A program made the position numbers and the translations under genes. A stretch of DNA of 63,395 bases, counting the filler, from Octopus bimaculoides (lineage: Eukaryota): the NCBI RefSeq assembly GCF_001194135.2. It is 5 parts of 5 records of this genome, joined end to end, with 100 filler letters (N's around TTAATTAATTAA, not from the genome) between each part and the next. Parts side by side here need not be neighbours in the genome. Positions count along the whole stretch, not along the records: positions 39,914 to 51,377 come from NC_069006.1; positions 51,478 to 58,732 come from NC_068983.1; positions 58,833 to 63,395 come from NC_068987.1; 2 more parts are not named here. The stretch is one strand, 5' to 3'. The notes below the pieces were generated by a model. It was given only the letters and a program-made list of their open reading frames with translations. It was not told the DNA's origin and made no database searches. Positions 50,885 to 63,395 of the stretch are shown here, one piece after another. Every line of letters starts with the position of its first letter. Within the stretch, counting starts at the first letter, position 1.

Positions 50885-51100
50885 TTTATATCTTCTCTTT
50901 TATCTTTTACTTGTTTCAGTCATTTGACTGTGGCCATGCAGGAGCACCACCTTGAAGGGTTTCAGGTGAACAAATTGACCCTATGGCTTATTTTTTTAAA
51001 GCCTAATACTTATTCTATCAGCCTCTTTTGCCAAACTGCTAAGTTACAGGGATGTAAACACACCATCACCGGTTGTCAAGCAGTGATGGGGAAGCAAATA
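50885..51100 (-). mobile_element. SINE tail
   Basis: tttacttgtttcagtcatttgactgtggccatgc.ggagcacc. Confidence 0.75.
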
Positions 51101-51169
51101 TGGAAACAAAGACACATGCACACACACACATACATGTGTGCATATATATATATATATCATCATCATCAT

Positions 51170-51377
51170 CATCATCATCATCGTTTAACGTCCGCTTTCC
51201 ATGCTAGCATGGGTTGGACGATTTGACTGAGGACTGGTGAAACCGGATGGCAACACCAGGCTCCAGTCTGATTTGGCAGAGTTTCTACAGCTGGATGCCC
51301 TTCCTAACGCCAACCACTCAGAGAGTGTAGTGGGTGCTTTTACGTGTCACCCGCACGAAAACGGCCACGCTCGAAAT
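51170..51377 (-). mobile_element. RTE-derived 3' tail repeat
   Basis: catcatcgtttaacgtccgctttccatgctagcatgggttgg... is the reverse complement of the same tail. Confidence 0.75.
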
Positions 51378-51478
51378 NNNNNNNNNNNNNNNNNNNNNNN
51401 NNNNNNNNNNNNNNNNNNNNNTTAATTAATTAANNNNNNNNNNNNNNNNNNNNNNNNNNNNNNNNNNNNNNNNNNNNG

Positions 51479-52694
51479 ACCATCCAAACCCGGTGACTTG
51501 TCCCTCGAGCATCTTGCCATCACGTCCCGCACGTCCGCTATCGTGATAGCACCTTCGCAACACTCTGCCTCTCTCACCGAGAGTCGTGGCACTGAAATAT
51601 ACCCTGTGTTCTCGCTCGCCACTCGTCCCGAACAGTCGGGCAAAATGCTGCCGAAAGGCCTCACACATTTTACTGGGCTCAAGTAATTCGCGCCTCTGTT
51701 CATCTACCACAGACCGGATGGTGGCTTTGTTGCCCTGTTGCGCCTCTGCCACCCGGGCCTCTCGCGCGGTTCCAACAGCTTCGTTCCTTAGAGCACACAT
51801 GCTAGCCCTGACAACACACCCTTCGTGTTTGGCGTTGAAGTGTTAGTCGAGGGCCAACATCGCCGCCAATACGTCGGATACGATGCCACTTCTAATCGCC
51901 TCTTCTAGCTTCTTAATTAGGTCACCCTCTACTCTGTTTCTATCTATCGCTAGTGCTTCGCTATACTTAATCGTTTCTGCTTTTATTGCTCTCGTGAGGG
52001 CAAACCACCATTTGTTGTTGATGATGGCACCCGTCAAAGCCCTCTTTACTAGCGTGCTAATCAGGTCTCAGAAAACCTGTCTCGACAGGAAAGACGCGTT
52101 CAGTTTCCAGTAACCGGGACCCTGCCTATGTGCCTAATCTAAGTCTAACGTACACGTCACAAGTTTGTGATCCGTATAGCTGACTATGTGGAATTGTGGA
52201 CATACTAAGCTATCACTATCTACTGTCCTACACAATATTCTATCTAGATACGATCTCGACGACCCAATGCAGTTACTCCACGTCCACGTTGGCGCATTCG
52301 GGTGATCGAGCCGGTACCTGTCAGACAGTTGAAAGCGTCTGAGCAGGTCTCTGAGGCATTTGCAGCCCCGTCTATTCCTATCTCTGCCCACGTAGTCTAG
52401 ATGCGTGTCGAAGGTAGCATTCCAATCCCCCACGAAAAGTAAAGGACGAGACGTTCCTAGGAATACTTCTAGACGTCGAAAGACATCCGGCCGACCTGAT
52501 GCATAGACTGATATGAGTCGAAAAGCACACCCATTGCTGCCGTCGACATCCAGGACAACCAGTCTACCCTCCGGGTCTACGAATATTGTCTTTACTTCGA
52601 GATCCAGACTCTTGTGAAAAAGTACCGTCGTGCCACTACCGCCCATTCTCGGCAGACAGGAAGAAAAATAAATGTTAAACTGTTCGCCAAACAT
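51479..52694 (-). pseudogene. Tx1-like ORF2 (APE endonuclease + RT start), few stops
   Basis: ORF-track segments 52134-52694, 51843-52037 and 51426-51800 form one collinear L1-type ORF2. Confidence 0.85.
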
Positions 52695-53703
52695 GGACTT
52701 TAGTTTTTTTTAGGAGTATTTTTGACATCCCCCTACCGCATTGGGGTAGAGGGATTCTAATGTGTGGTGCAAGGTCGGTGTGACATGCAAAATTTTGATG
52801 TGTTCTGGTGGTGTTGTATGTAGGTGGTTGATTGTCTTTATGTCATCTTCTGTTAGGTTTTTGTTTTTGAGTTTATATATTCCATCAACTCTGTTTTTAA
52901 TGTTTATGGCTGTGAGCATCGTTGCTGTATATTTTTTGTGGTGTTGGTGTTGTTTGTGTTAGAGTTCGAAATGTCTTCAGGAGTTGTGTATCTCCCTGCT
53001 TTATTTGTGTTTGCTTTTGTTCTTTCTTTGCTCCTTTTCCTCCTTCCTTTTCTGGTTATTTGCCATTCCTCACTGCTTTCGTCTTCCGAAGAAATTTCTG
53101 CAGAATCGGAAGGGAGTAAGGGTATATTGTAAGCGTCTATGTGTGTTTGTGTAAGTGGTTATGTTGTTGTTTTCGTTGGTGTTGGTTGTTAATTGTTCGT
53201 GTGAGGTGTATGTGATATAGGGGAGGGGGAATCAGTTTTAGTATCTTCTTTTGGTGTTCCTGTACCTTTAATTCTTGCTGTTGTTGGTGGTGGTGTTTTT
53301 GCAGGTGCTGTTTTATTGTCGATTGTTGGTGTGTTTCTTTTGCCGTCTTCTGTATCGATGGTGGTGTGGGTAGTAAGGCTTTTTTTCTCAGATTTTGGTG
53401 GTGGTTGTTGTTGTTGTTATTTTGTTTTTTGTTTTTTGTGGCAGTCGGACAATCGTTTTTTAAATGTGTCTCGCTGTTGCACAGATAACTGCATGACTGC
53501 CTGCCCTCCACCACTACGTACAACTTGTGTCCTTCAGTTAATTCAATGGATGTTGGTATTTTATTTATTGATGTTTGATCAATTTGCAGGAAGATTTCAA
53601 GTCTTTCCGACCCAGTTTTGCTGTTCTAAGACAGCAATTTCTAAAATGTTAATTTCTTCCATTTCGAAGCAGACGGCAGATTGTGTCTCTACTTCTGGAA
53701 GTA

Positions 53704-53742
<39 letters not shown>

Positions 53743-54705
53743 GACACTCTCTGGCCAAGATAAGTTGGTATCATCACTAACTCATCCATGTGGAGAGTCG
53801 GTGTTGAGAACCGTTTGACTAGATTTTCATTGTGGAATCGCACTTGAACTGTGCCAAATTGATGCCACCAACTGACATATGCCTTGTGTGCCCATACAGG
53901 GCGAAGGCATTTTTCAATTTTTTGTTGTAGTGCATTTTCAGGTGTCTTTGTTTTTGTACTTAGTATTTTATAAATGATTGTTCTTTTTGGGATTATTCAA
54001 TGATGTTTTTAGGTATGTGCAAGTGTAAGTTTTGTCCTTCTTTGCTAAGCAGTACTTTTGTATGTTGATTTGTTGGGTAGTGAATGTTAAAATAGTTTTC
54101 TTTTGTTTTATCGCTTCAGTGAAGTTTGTTTTGTCCTTGGTTGTGGTGCTCGTGGTGGTAGTGGTAGTGTTGGTAGCAGAGGTGTTAATTGTGGCAGTTG
54201 AAGTTGTAGTAGTGGTGTTGGTGTTGGCGGAACTGTCTTTTGGGTGGAGATCACAGTGGACTGCTTTGTGATGATTTCGTTGTTGCTGTTGTTGTTGTCG
54301 TTGTGGTGACAGGGCTGTTAACGATCGTGGTTGCAGTATCAATGACGTTGACAGTGTTCACTGTCACGTCTCTCAGATTTGCCTTTGATTTATTTGTATT
54401 TTTCATGTCTGTAGTTGTATTCAAGTGTGTGTGCGTGCAGGAGTTATTCTTTTTTCTCCTAGGCTAGGGAAATGCTAGTCCATGAACGTATTTGACCAGC
54501 GTTCCATTATGAAATTTCTTGACATTTTACAAAGTTGAGAAGAAAAATAGAAATTTAAATAGGGTTGAAACTGCCCCTTGAAAACACACTCAAACGAAAG
54601 TTGGGTGCTTCACACACCTTGTGTGCTAAAATTAAAACAAAATGTGTGCAATAAAAGGTTGAAAAAAGCAATTACTGGCGAAGCCGATGCGACAACAATT
54701 CAGTC
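51479..54705 (-). mobile_element. L1-clade (Tx1-like) non-LTR retrotransposon; 3' part lost in a gap
   Basis: ORF1 remnant with an RRM-like region and CCHC knuckle (CSYLCNSETHLKNDCP, about 53440-53500). ORF2 APE endonuclease (GRLVVLDV, FRLISVYA, LFVGDWNA, SYLDRI, YTDHKLV), then GPGYWKLNAS and start of RT (SRDKSPGLDG). Confidence 0.9.
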
Positions 54706-54740
54706 GATAGACAGACAGACAGACAGATAGTTAGATAGAC

Positions 54741-54796
<56 letters not shown>
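54706..54796. repeat. (GACA)/(GATA)n microsatellite abutting the Tx1-like 5' end
   Basis: Direct reading of the sequence. Confidence 0.95.
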
Positions 54797-55639
54797 GTAG
54801 GTATATGAGATTGTTCAGGCTTAATCTTTATCTGTCCGAATATTCTTTCTGAAAGGAAAAATAAGATTCAAGTAACTTTAAAATAGCATGAAACATATAA
54901 AATTTAAGCAAGAAAATGTTTTTTAAATAAATTTGAATATAAAAGAAATGATAATAAAATGAATTTTAATTAATCGCTACACTCCACCACCAATTCAATA
55001 AACAAAACGATAAAAAGGTAAATAGGAATTAAGCGAATTGAATAAAGAAATTAGATTTTAAAATAAGTGTATGAATTTGTCCTTCTGCCAGCCGCTAAGG
55101 TTTTCACTTATAACATATTATGTTAAAATATTTAAAAAAACACAGTAAATTAAACGTAAAGATATACAAATTAAGTAAGTAAATTTAGTTGCATCGATAG
55201 ATATTACAAGATAAAATATCAGATCTATTCATTGATGAAATAAATCGTGTAATAAGAATGTGTGCGTGTTGCTAACACTTAGAAGAAGGTACTTCTTTTA
55301 CACTCTCCAAAATGAATGGAACTTTAGCCAGTTGGAACTGATATCATCAGACAGTATCCAGCGACCTGCAGGTGTTTCAATCCTGAACCATAACACCCTC
55401 CTATTGGTGGGTCAGCAGAGGTGGCCAGATCACTGCTCATCATCTCCTCCTGGCTTCCAGCCTAACTCCTCTCTCTTGGTCCTTAACCAGCAAGAGGCTC
55501 TTTCTGCTGTCTCTACCATTTGTATCTTCATATCTTCTACATATGTTTCGAAGGATGCATTCAAAATACGTCCGACAGGATGAATTATGAAGATATAAAT
55601 GATTTAATTACTCCTTGTTTAAGTTGGTGAATGCTGCCA

Positions 55640-56318
55640 TAATCCATGCCTTCAGTTCATTTTTGGTGTTACAAGGAGTTTAGTTAGTCTGTTACTCAAC
55701 TGTGCCCCACACATAATAATCAAGGGGATTGCAGTCTGGGGAGTTAGGTGGCCAGATGTTAGGAGTGATGTGGTTGCAGAAGTTGTCTGACAGCCATAAC
55801 TGGATTCTCCTGTTTGTGTGGCATGGTGCAGAGCTCTGTTGCCAGACATAGGGTCTTCCAGCAGCCATCCTCTTGATCCAGGGCAGCAATGCTTCCTCCA
55901 GGCACTTGAGGTAGGCCTCTGTGTTGAGTCTGAGGCTATGTGGAAAGATGAATGGAAGCATAATATTGCCATCACTAGTGATCACTCCAAACACCATGAC
56001 GTTGACTGGATGTTTGATTTTTATCTGTCTTGGTACTTGCCTTCAGATTGCGCTGTTCTCAGATTGACACCCAAACACTCCAAAATGTTTGTATTGGAGC
56101 TTCCAGCATGAATGCCAAGCAGTACAGCATGTCGTTTCCAAATTTCTGGCAGAAGGAATTGCGTCATAGTGTTGTTTTTCTCATAGATGGTGTCCCTGGT
56201 TTTAAGGGTATCATAAAAGACCTAAATGTGTGAATCTAAAAGGGGAATAAAATCATAATTAACTGACATTCTTGTATTTTCTATTACACCATGCCAGGAA
56301 CTTTCCAACACTCCCTCA
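55640..56318 (-). mobile_element. maT (DD37D) Tc1/mariner element, internally deleted
   Basis: N-terminus KRHAVLLGIHAG.SNT.ILECLGVNLRT joined to VMVFGVITSDG...YVWQQSSAPCH...WPPNSPDCNPLDYYVWG; 37 residues between the second and third catalytic positions, the second D being mutated. TIR-like tgagggagtgttggaaagtt plus TA at 56299-56320. Confidence 0.8.
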
Positions 56319-57639
56319 TATGTGTACGTGTATATATATATAAATACAATCTGGGGATCCACATGTAGGAAGTTTGTAAGCTTCAAGCAGTCAGTGGCAG
56401 GTATAGAGAACAATAAGCGGACAATATATAATAAGATACCAAAACAATTTATTGGCCTTAAGAGTTAGATACTTTTCCCCATATCAAAGTTGCGAGGAAA
56501 TTTGATAAGCTGATAGTTTCTATATAGCTCACTGTTAGCAACTAAAGTTGCTAAAAATACAAAAATACAAATTGAGGGAGTGGAACATGTATGTTTCTTA
56601 GCTAGTAGAAGCATAACAATTGCATTATGAGCTTCAGCTATCTAAGAAACATATGTATTGTGCATGTCACCTGTTTTAAGCCTTCAATATGTTTATATAT
56701 ATATATATATATATATATGACTCTGTGTGTGTGGGGGGGCGCATGTGCATGCATGCATGTACATGTGTATCCATTTCAGTGACAATTTGCAGAAAAAAAT
56801 CAATACAAATGTAGTGTAGTAGTTTATTTATACTGCTTCACTGTATACTAGTAACTTTTCTGTATACTAGGACACTAACTCCATTGGAAACTAAGACTTT
56901 ATGGTAACTTCTCTGTATTCTAGGATTCTATTGTAGCTCCACTATATACTAGGACAATGAGTAATACTCACTGCATATTTGACTTAGTGACAAAGATTAA
57001 TTTTTTACAAATGTTCACTACTTCACAAAAACTATATCAGTCAAGTAAAAGATCTTCTCTAAAATGCAATAAAGATATTACAACATATTCAGAACACTAT
57101 TTCAGAAAATTACCTCCATTCTCTTTGAACATACGTTTAGCAGGGGCAAAATAAGTCACACAAAATAAGATAAATTTTATCTCTTCAATTCTCCCATATT
57201 ACATTCAAAAAAAGACTCATACACATCCATATCCATCCTTAGATGTCAGAATGATCAGAAATGCAACAAAAATTTAAAATATCTAGGTCAAATGAAAAAG
57301 GATCATGGGAAAATGGTACCCGACTATACTAATGAAACCCGACTAAATCTAAAAACTCAACAAAATATTCTCTAAAGCTTCTTCACGAGCTGCTGAAGTG
57401 GCTCACTTCCTGATATATTCATGCACCATGCAGTTTAAAGAGAAGAAATTTTTCAAATTAGTCATCACTCAGTGTTTTTTTTAAATTGAAAATTATCAAA
57501 TTAGACAGCATTGGAAAAAATTGATTTGGTATCCAACAGAGAAAAACACCAAGAATTATCCAGATATTTTAGTAGTAATCTCAATTACAATTGGGTCAAA
57601 GTTGAAGAAATATTTCTTGAAAAAAGAAAATGTACCTGT

Positions 57640-57850
57640 CTGTCTCTTCGAAACACTTAGTTTAGTATGGTGGCAGCTGATGAAGGAAATGTTCTCTACG
57701 TGACCTATGTGTTTTCTGTGCTCTGTTTATGCTCTGTTTTTCATTTTGTCCACGTTTTTTTGTGACGTCCTGTACCCAGATATGCATCTATATATACACG
57801 TAGATGTAGGTATGTACATACATGTACGTATATATGCATATACTCACATA
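57640..57850 (+). repeat. Interspersed repeat, homologous to 36052-36260
   Basis: See the 36052 copy. Confidence 0.75.
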
Positions 57851-57904
57851 TCATTTGTATTATATATATATATATATACATATATACACACACATTCATA
57901 TCAT

Positions 57905-58300
57905 ACACAACAGGCTTCTTTCAGTTTCATTCTACCAAATCCACTCACAAGGCTTTGGTTGACTCAAAGCTCTCGCTGAAGACACTTGCCCAAGATACTA
58001 CACAGTGGGACTGTAGCCGGAACTATGTGTTTGGGAAGCAAACTTCTTACCACATAGCCATACCTAAACTATTTCTTTTTTGTATTTAATATTTCTATTC
58101 CATTTGAGGCAGTAAGTTGGCAGAATTGTTACCACGCCAGGTAAAATGCTCAGCAGCATTTCGTTCAACTTTGCATTCTGAGTTCAACTGCCACTGGGAT
58201 CAACTTTGTCTTTCATCCTTTTGGTGTTGATAAAATAAATACCAGTTGAGCACTGGGTTCAATGTAATCGACTAGTCCCCTCCCACATGCGCCAAAACTT
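57905..58300. mobile_element. Two adjacent SINEs (57905-58062 minus; 58105-58300 plus)
   Basis: Head block reversed, then ttggcagaattgtta...gagttcaa.t...ctttcatccttttgg.gttgataaaata. Confidence 0.7.
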
Positions 58301-58869
58301 GAAAACAATATTTTCTACTCCATACTAAGGTGCTGAACTGGAAGAATCATTTGCACATTGAGCAAAATGGTTAGTGGCATTTTGTCTGTTCTGAGTTCAA
58401 ATGCTGTCAAAGCTACTGAGATCAACTGAGGGGAGGAGGGGGAGTGGTGGTGGTGGTGAGTGAAATGTGTAATTTTTTTTCTAATTTTTTCACCCTCATT
58501 ACTTAGCCCATCTGTAATGCTCTCATGTGATTAGTTGAAGGGAAAGATAAAGAGCAAAAGAAAAAGGAGGGAGAAAAAGAGGATAAGGTGAAGACTGAGA
58601 GAGAAAGAGGGAGAGTGCAGTGTGTTAAGTCTATAAAATTATGCATAAAGTATATAAAGTGTGTATATAAAGTGCATTAAGTAATCGTAGTTGTGAAGAC
58701 GCAATGGCCCAGTGGTTAGGGCAGCGGACTCANNNNNNNNNNNNNNNNNNNNNNNNNNNNNNNNNNNNNNNNNNNNTTAATTAATTAANNNNNNNNNNNN
58801 NNNNNNNNNNNNNNNNNNNNNNNNNNNNNNNNTATATATATATATATATATATATGTATTAAATATACT

Positions 58870-59320
58870 GGGTGGTCCCTTCGCAGACCACAATACAGTG
58901 ACCACTAACTTTTTAGGGTGCAATGGTGGGCTTGGGTAGTGTTTAGGTGACTCTCCTGTGTCTAATCACTGTCCTGCTCTCATGCTGTTGTCAAAAAGGC
59001 GTCAGCTTATTTTTTAATCTCGTTCAATTGATTTGGAAGAAACCTATCTGTTTTCCAATCTTTTACAGGTGTCCAAAAACAATTGCGCGAGATGTTTGGA
59101 GTCCTGATGAATGTTTTCGAACCTTTGCTCTCGGATTTTGTTCAACCAAAGCATTTAATCCATCATACATTTTAGGCCTACCCTTTGGTTTATTTCCAAG
59201 GTTATCATCTCCTGAACGAGAGCTTTGTGACCATCTCTGAACAGTTCTGATGTTTCGGCGCTACTTCAGCCTTCACTGAACTCAAGCTGTTCCCACCTGT
59301 AACACAATCTTTGTTCACGA
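58870..59320 (-). mobile_element. Mariner transposase remnant (N-terminal half, deleted)
   Basis: Minus strand: TVQRW...SGDDNLGNKPKGRP...LNALVEQNPR...HL*KIGK...PLHPKKLVVTVLWSAKG. Confidence 0.65.
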
Positions 59321-59334
59321 GGTACACTAATTAA

Positions 59335-60369
59335 TAGGAGACTGGTGGGTGCGCCACGAACGGTATGGACCCTGGAAAATGCGGAACGCGTCAGACAAGC
59401 TTTGATACAGAGTCCGAATCGCTCCGTTCGGAGGCTTTCCACTGAACTTGGCATCGGTAATCGATCGGTAAGGCGTCTTTTGCATGAACACTTGCATTTT
59501 CATCCATACAAAGCGGTCATTGGGCAACAGTTGAAACCGTGGGACGATGCACAGCGGCTTAACTTCGCACGTCAGATGGAAGCAATGTTTTAGGCAAATG
59601 ACAACCCAAGTTTATTAATGAGTGATGAAGCTCATCTTCATTTCAATGGCATGGTGAATCAACAGAACCGTCGTTATTGGGCTCTTGAAAATCCGAGAGA
59701 ACTGCACGAAAGACCACTGCACGGCCCANNNNNNNNNNGAAAGACCACTGCACGGCCCCAAAATGACGGTCTGGTGTGCTGTTGGAAAACCTGCCGTCAA
59801 TGGCCCTTACTTTTTTGAAGACAACAATGGAAATGTTGTTACTGTGAACTCCGAGCGTTACATCGAGATGATAAACAACTTCTTTGTGCCTGAATTACGA
59901 CGAAAACGTATGCCTATTCCACGTGTATAGTTTCATCAGGATGGGGCGACGGCCCACACAGTCAGGGCATCAATGGACTTCTTCGCCCTCTCTTAGGTAA
60001 CTGCCTCATTTCCAGGTTTGCTGACATTCCTTGGCCTCCTCGATCCCCTGATTTGTCTATGTGTGATTATTTTTGTGGGCTAATTTCAAGGCACATGTGT
60101 ATGCACATAAGTCCCGTACCTTGGACGATCTTAAGGAAGCTATTTGCGTGGAAGTCGCCCAAATCGACAGAGCAATGAGGCCAACTTCCAGGAACGTCTT
60201 CAGAAATGCATCAATAAAAACGGACATCACATAATGGATGTTGTTTTCCACACTTGATTTTGACAAATGCTAATTCATTACGACCATATTGGTGTCAATA
60301 AAATGTTTGCAGATAAAATTAATGATCTTGTAAATTTTTCAAAAACGTTTCTCCTCTCTGCCCCGCCCT
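59335..60369 (+). mobile_element. rosa (DD41D) Tc1/mariner element, 5'-truncated
   Basis: GAPRTV...SPNRSVRR...HPYK...MSDEAH.H.NG.VNQQN.RYW..ENP...PLHGPKMTVWC...QDGATAH...WPPRSPDLSMCDYFLW. Spacing about 41 after allowing a frameshift; ends ccgccctg|ta. Confidence 0.8.
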
Positions 60370-60584
60370 GTATGTATATGTGTGTTTGAATGTTTGTATG
60401 TGTTTATGTATCCTATGCTGTGAATATTACAAAGTAGCGCTTTAAATTTCTATAAAGCAGCTCATTACGACATTGTATTTCTTCCAAGGCTGGTCAACAG
60501 AATTTCAAGGTATGCAAAATATTGTACAGCTGTAAGTTAGTTATGAATGAAATGTCGACTTTCTATGATATTGCTTTCACATTT

Positions 60585-60782
60585 AGACACAAGGCCAGCA
60601 AGTTCGGGCAGGGGACTAAGTCGATTAACTCTACGCCAGTGCTCAACTAGTACTTACTTTACTCCGAAAGGATGAAAAGCAAAGCCGACATCGGCGAAAT
60701 TTAAACACAGAACGTAAGGACGGATAAAATACAGCTAACCATTTTGCCCCACGTGCTAATGGTTCTACCAACAGCCGCCTTC
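60585..60782 (-). mobile_element. SINE
   Basis: ccgaaaggatgaaa.gcaaagccgac.tcggcg.aattt.aac.cagaacg. Confidence 0.75.
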
Positions 60783-60867
60783 TACTTCTAGAATATATTG
60801 AATAATATTAATAGCTAAGAAATATCACAAATGTAGATATATACATATTTCGGGAAAATCCAGCCAA

Positions 60868-61395
60868 GCCACACAATGAAAATCCTCTTAATGGGACGGG
60901 TCAGTTACTGGAAGAGGCTGATAAAGTTAAGACTCTTCCCCTTTGAACAAAGGCAAGAAAGATATGCAGTGATATGCATCTGGAATGTCCTGGAAGGACT
61001 TGTACTAAACTCTAGCACTGAAAGTCACACAAACACATGGAGTGGGCGCCACTGCACAGTGCCAAGTATCCCAACCTTGCCATCAAGATACAGGACCAGA
61101 TACTGCAAGAACGTGAGTTTCAAGGGCTTACAGCTCTTCAATATCATCCCGAAAAATCTAAAGGACCTACAGCGGGTGGATGTAGGTGTTTTCAAAACAA
61201 AGCTGAATTTCCTCCTTTCAAGAGTTCCGGATGAATCAACCTTGCGGCAGGAAACTCAAACAAGGGTAGCAACATCCAGCTCTTTCATTCACCAAATGCC
61301 ACATATCAGCGGAGGTTTTCAAGTAATGAAATTGTAACAAAACTAAGGACGGTGCCCCAGCATGGCTACATCTCCCGATCTGAAAGTTGTAGAAG
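60868..61395 (+). mobile_element. CR1-like LINE 3' end (same family as 47885)
   Basis: YWKRLIKLRLF..EQRQERYAVICIWNVLEGLV...FKGLQLFNIIPKNL...VDVGVFKTKLNFLLSRVPDE. Confidence 0.8.
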
Positions 61396-61405
61396 TGTAA
61401 TATAA

Positions 61406-61438
<33 letters not shown>

Positions 61439-62429
61439 NNNNNNNNNNNNNNNNNNNNNNNNNNNNNNNNNNNNNNNNNNNNNNNNNNNNNNNNNNNNNN
61501 NNNNNNNNNNNNNNNNNNNNNNNNNNNNNNNNNNNNNNNNNNNNNNNNNNNNNNNNNNNNNNNNNNNNNNNNNNNNNNNNNNNNNNNNNNNNNNNNNNNN
61601 NNNNNNNNNNNNNNNNNNNNNNNNNNNNNNNNNNNNNNNNNNNNNNNNNNNNNNNNNNNNNNNNNNNNNNNNNNNNNNNNNNNNNNNNNNNNNNNNNNNN
61701 NNNNNNNNNNNNNNNNNNNNNNNNNNNNNNNNNATATATATATATATATAAGCACGAAGCTCCCGCCCCTTTATTGCTTTATAGTCGAAAGACCACAGAC
61801 TGAAAATGTTTTACATGTTTTACCGTAGAGATTCGATAGCCCTTCAATGGAAGAAAAAATGCCCCAACAAGCCATCTCCTATCAAATTCTACTTTTGTCC
61901 CTCTCAACATGAATCCACACCGATCTTTGGAGACTCGCGACAGTGTATCCCATTGCAAAGAAACAAAAACAAAAACTGCGACTCTGCCAACATCGCCCTA
62001 TCAAAACTTACGTCGAATATCTTTGAATTAATGGTGGCTTCCATTAACTAAGATATTTGACAACCTTAATACCTGTTTGTCTCTCTGTCTGTCTTTTTTC
62101 TCCTTCATTCTCTCTTTCACACACTCTCTCTTTCTTTCTCTTTTCCTCTTTCACTCATTCTGTCTTTCTCGTTTTTCTTTCTCTTCTTAATGGTAACCTA
62201 TACGGTTTCCTTATAGCCAGTAATACTGGTGTCCTGCTCTTGCCAGGGGGCTCGTTCGACAACACCTTTAGTATTTCAGTCTCTTTTTGTCTGGTAGTCT
62301 GTTTGTCTATATGTCTATCTGTTTCTTGCTCTTTCTCTCTTTCTCTTGCTCCCTCCCTCTCTCCCCCTCCCTCCGTCAATCTCTCCGTGTCTCTCTCTCA
62401 TGAAACATTACCTATGTGGAATCCTTAAA

Positions 62430-62950
62430 GCCAGATCCAGATCTACAAGTAACCTATTCCCACCAGTAAGATCTTGCCTCGAAAAAATTTGCTGACAGCT
62501 TGAGTCTTCATGATCGCTTCAAATTTTAGACTTTACTGTCTCAGAGAATCTCTCCGAGCGAAAGCACATCCTTAACATTGCTAGCACTCCATCCCAACGA
62601 CTGCCAGGATCAGATAAAACGATAACCCTAAGCAATTATTGGGACTTTATAAGGTTCAGTTGCGATCAACAATCGATTATTTCACCCACATGTAGGAAAC
62701 TCCAGCTACACAAACAGATATTCTAGACCGCATCCAGAAAAAGAACAGATTAGCAAAATCGTTTACACACAACTCTCAGCTTCTGGCTTACACGAGAGTT
62801 GTCTTCTTCCATTGCCTTTTCTATCCTTCTTTGATATGTCGCAACGCTACTGCTATCTAGCACCCTCGGATGATCTCTACTCAACCGCTACACAACTGCT
62901 ACTCGACTGCTACTCAACACCCCTACTACGGCCAGACTACCTCTATTTAT
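62430..62950 (+). mobile_element. CR1/Crack-type LINE RT remnant
   Basis: HILNIASTPSQRL...LGLYKVQLRSTIDYFTHM...TDILDRIQKK, matching the 'LYKAQIRP.LEY..H.W...LDRVQRR' pattern. Confidence 0.65.
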
Positions 62951-63395
62951 ATGTCTTAGGGGATCCTACTTCTTCGGCTGGGGGCGTCGACACAACATTA
63001 TTGTAATGGGCTCAGTTCCTCGGAGCAGGTTTGACACATATCAACCTCACTCAAGCATTCCCAATCCATCGTCTCTCTCCTTCTCGTTACTCTTATTGTG
63101 CCTAACACACCAACTTGCACATTGTTCACAATATCCGGCTCTTTTAACCAGAACATCGGTCCTATATATTTCCCTTCCAACACATCTTTTCCTCGGATCC
63201 AAGAGAAACATAATGCCATCAATCTCACCCATCTAAGACAGTCTGCCATAGGTTCTGACTCAACATCCAACAAGCAAAAACAATATTTTTTATTATAAGA
63301 TTTCCGGTTCAGTCATTTAGGAATTATCTTTAATTATAGTTACGAATGGATTCGGTAAACGGATAATGGTGTGTGTGTGTGTGTGCGTGTGTGTG

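Noticed and set aside
55260-55583. 107-aa plus-strand ORF
   Set aside because: No splice sites in phase with exon D and no recognisable motif; adjacent to a transposon remnant.
60489-60509. 21-nt candidate micro-exon (AGQQNFK, phase 0-0) downstream of exon D
   Set aside because: Splice signals are plausible but it is too short to distinguish from chance; needs RNA-seq.

Overview
Repeat-dense, gapped animal genomic DNA. Inference: almost certainly an octopus, from the abundant tRNA-derived cephalopod-type SINEs, RTE tails and very high microsatellite density; the N-gaps padded with TTAATTAATTAA are scaffolding artefacts. Two protein-coding genes are supported. (1) The terminal exon of a LigB-family extradiol dioxygenase (4,5-DOPA dioxygenase/YgiD-like) at 5599-6017 (+). 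(2) Four phase-consistent internal exons (42590-49733, +) of an unrecognised, probably extracellular protein. The rest is mobile DNA: a bounded Chapaev3 transposon (13-bp TIRs, TAA TSD), a decayed Penelope-like element plus a 5'-inverted second copy, a Tx1/L1-clade LINE, R4/Dong, RTE and CR1-type LINE remnants, mariner/maT/rosa fragments, a Helentron-type HINE, foldback elements and about 20 SINEs. The most unusual signal is a set of dispersed minimal hammerhead-ribozyme motifs, all with a palindromic 6-nt stem III. Several sit at the outward-facing ends of large inverted repeats or inside a rod-like hairpin, suggesting a population of non-autonomous Penelope-derived, retrozyme-like elements. 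Most ORF-track entries are microsatellite or gap artefacts. Repeat boundaries are approximate unless exact motifs are quoted.
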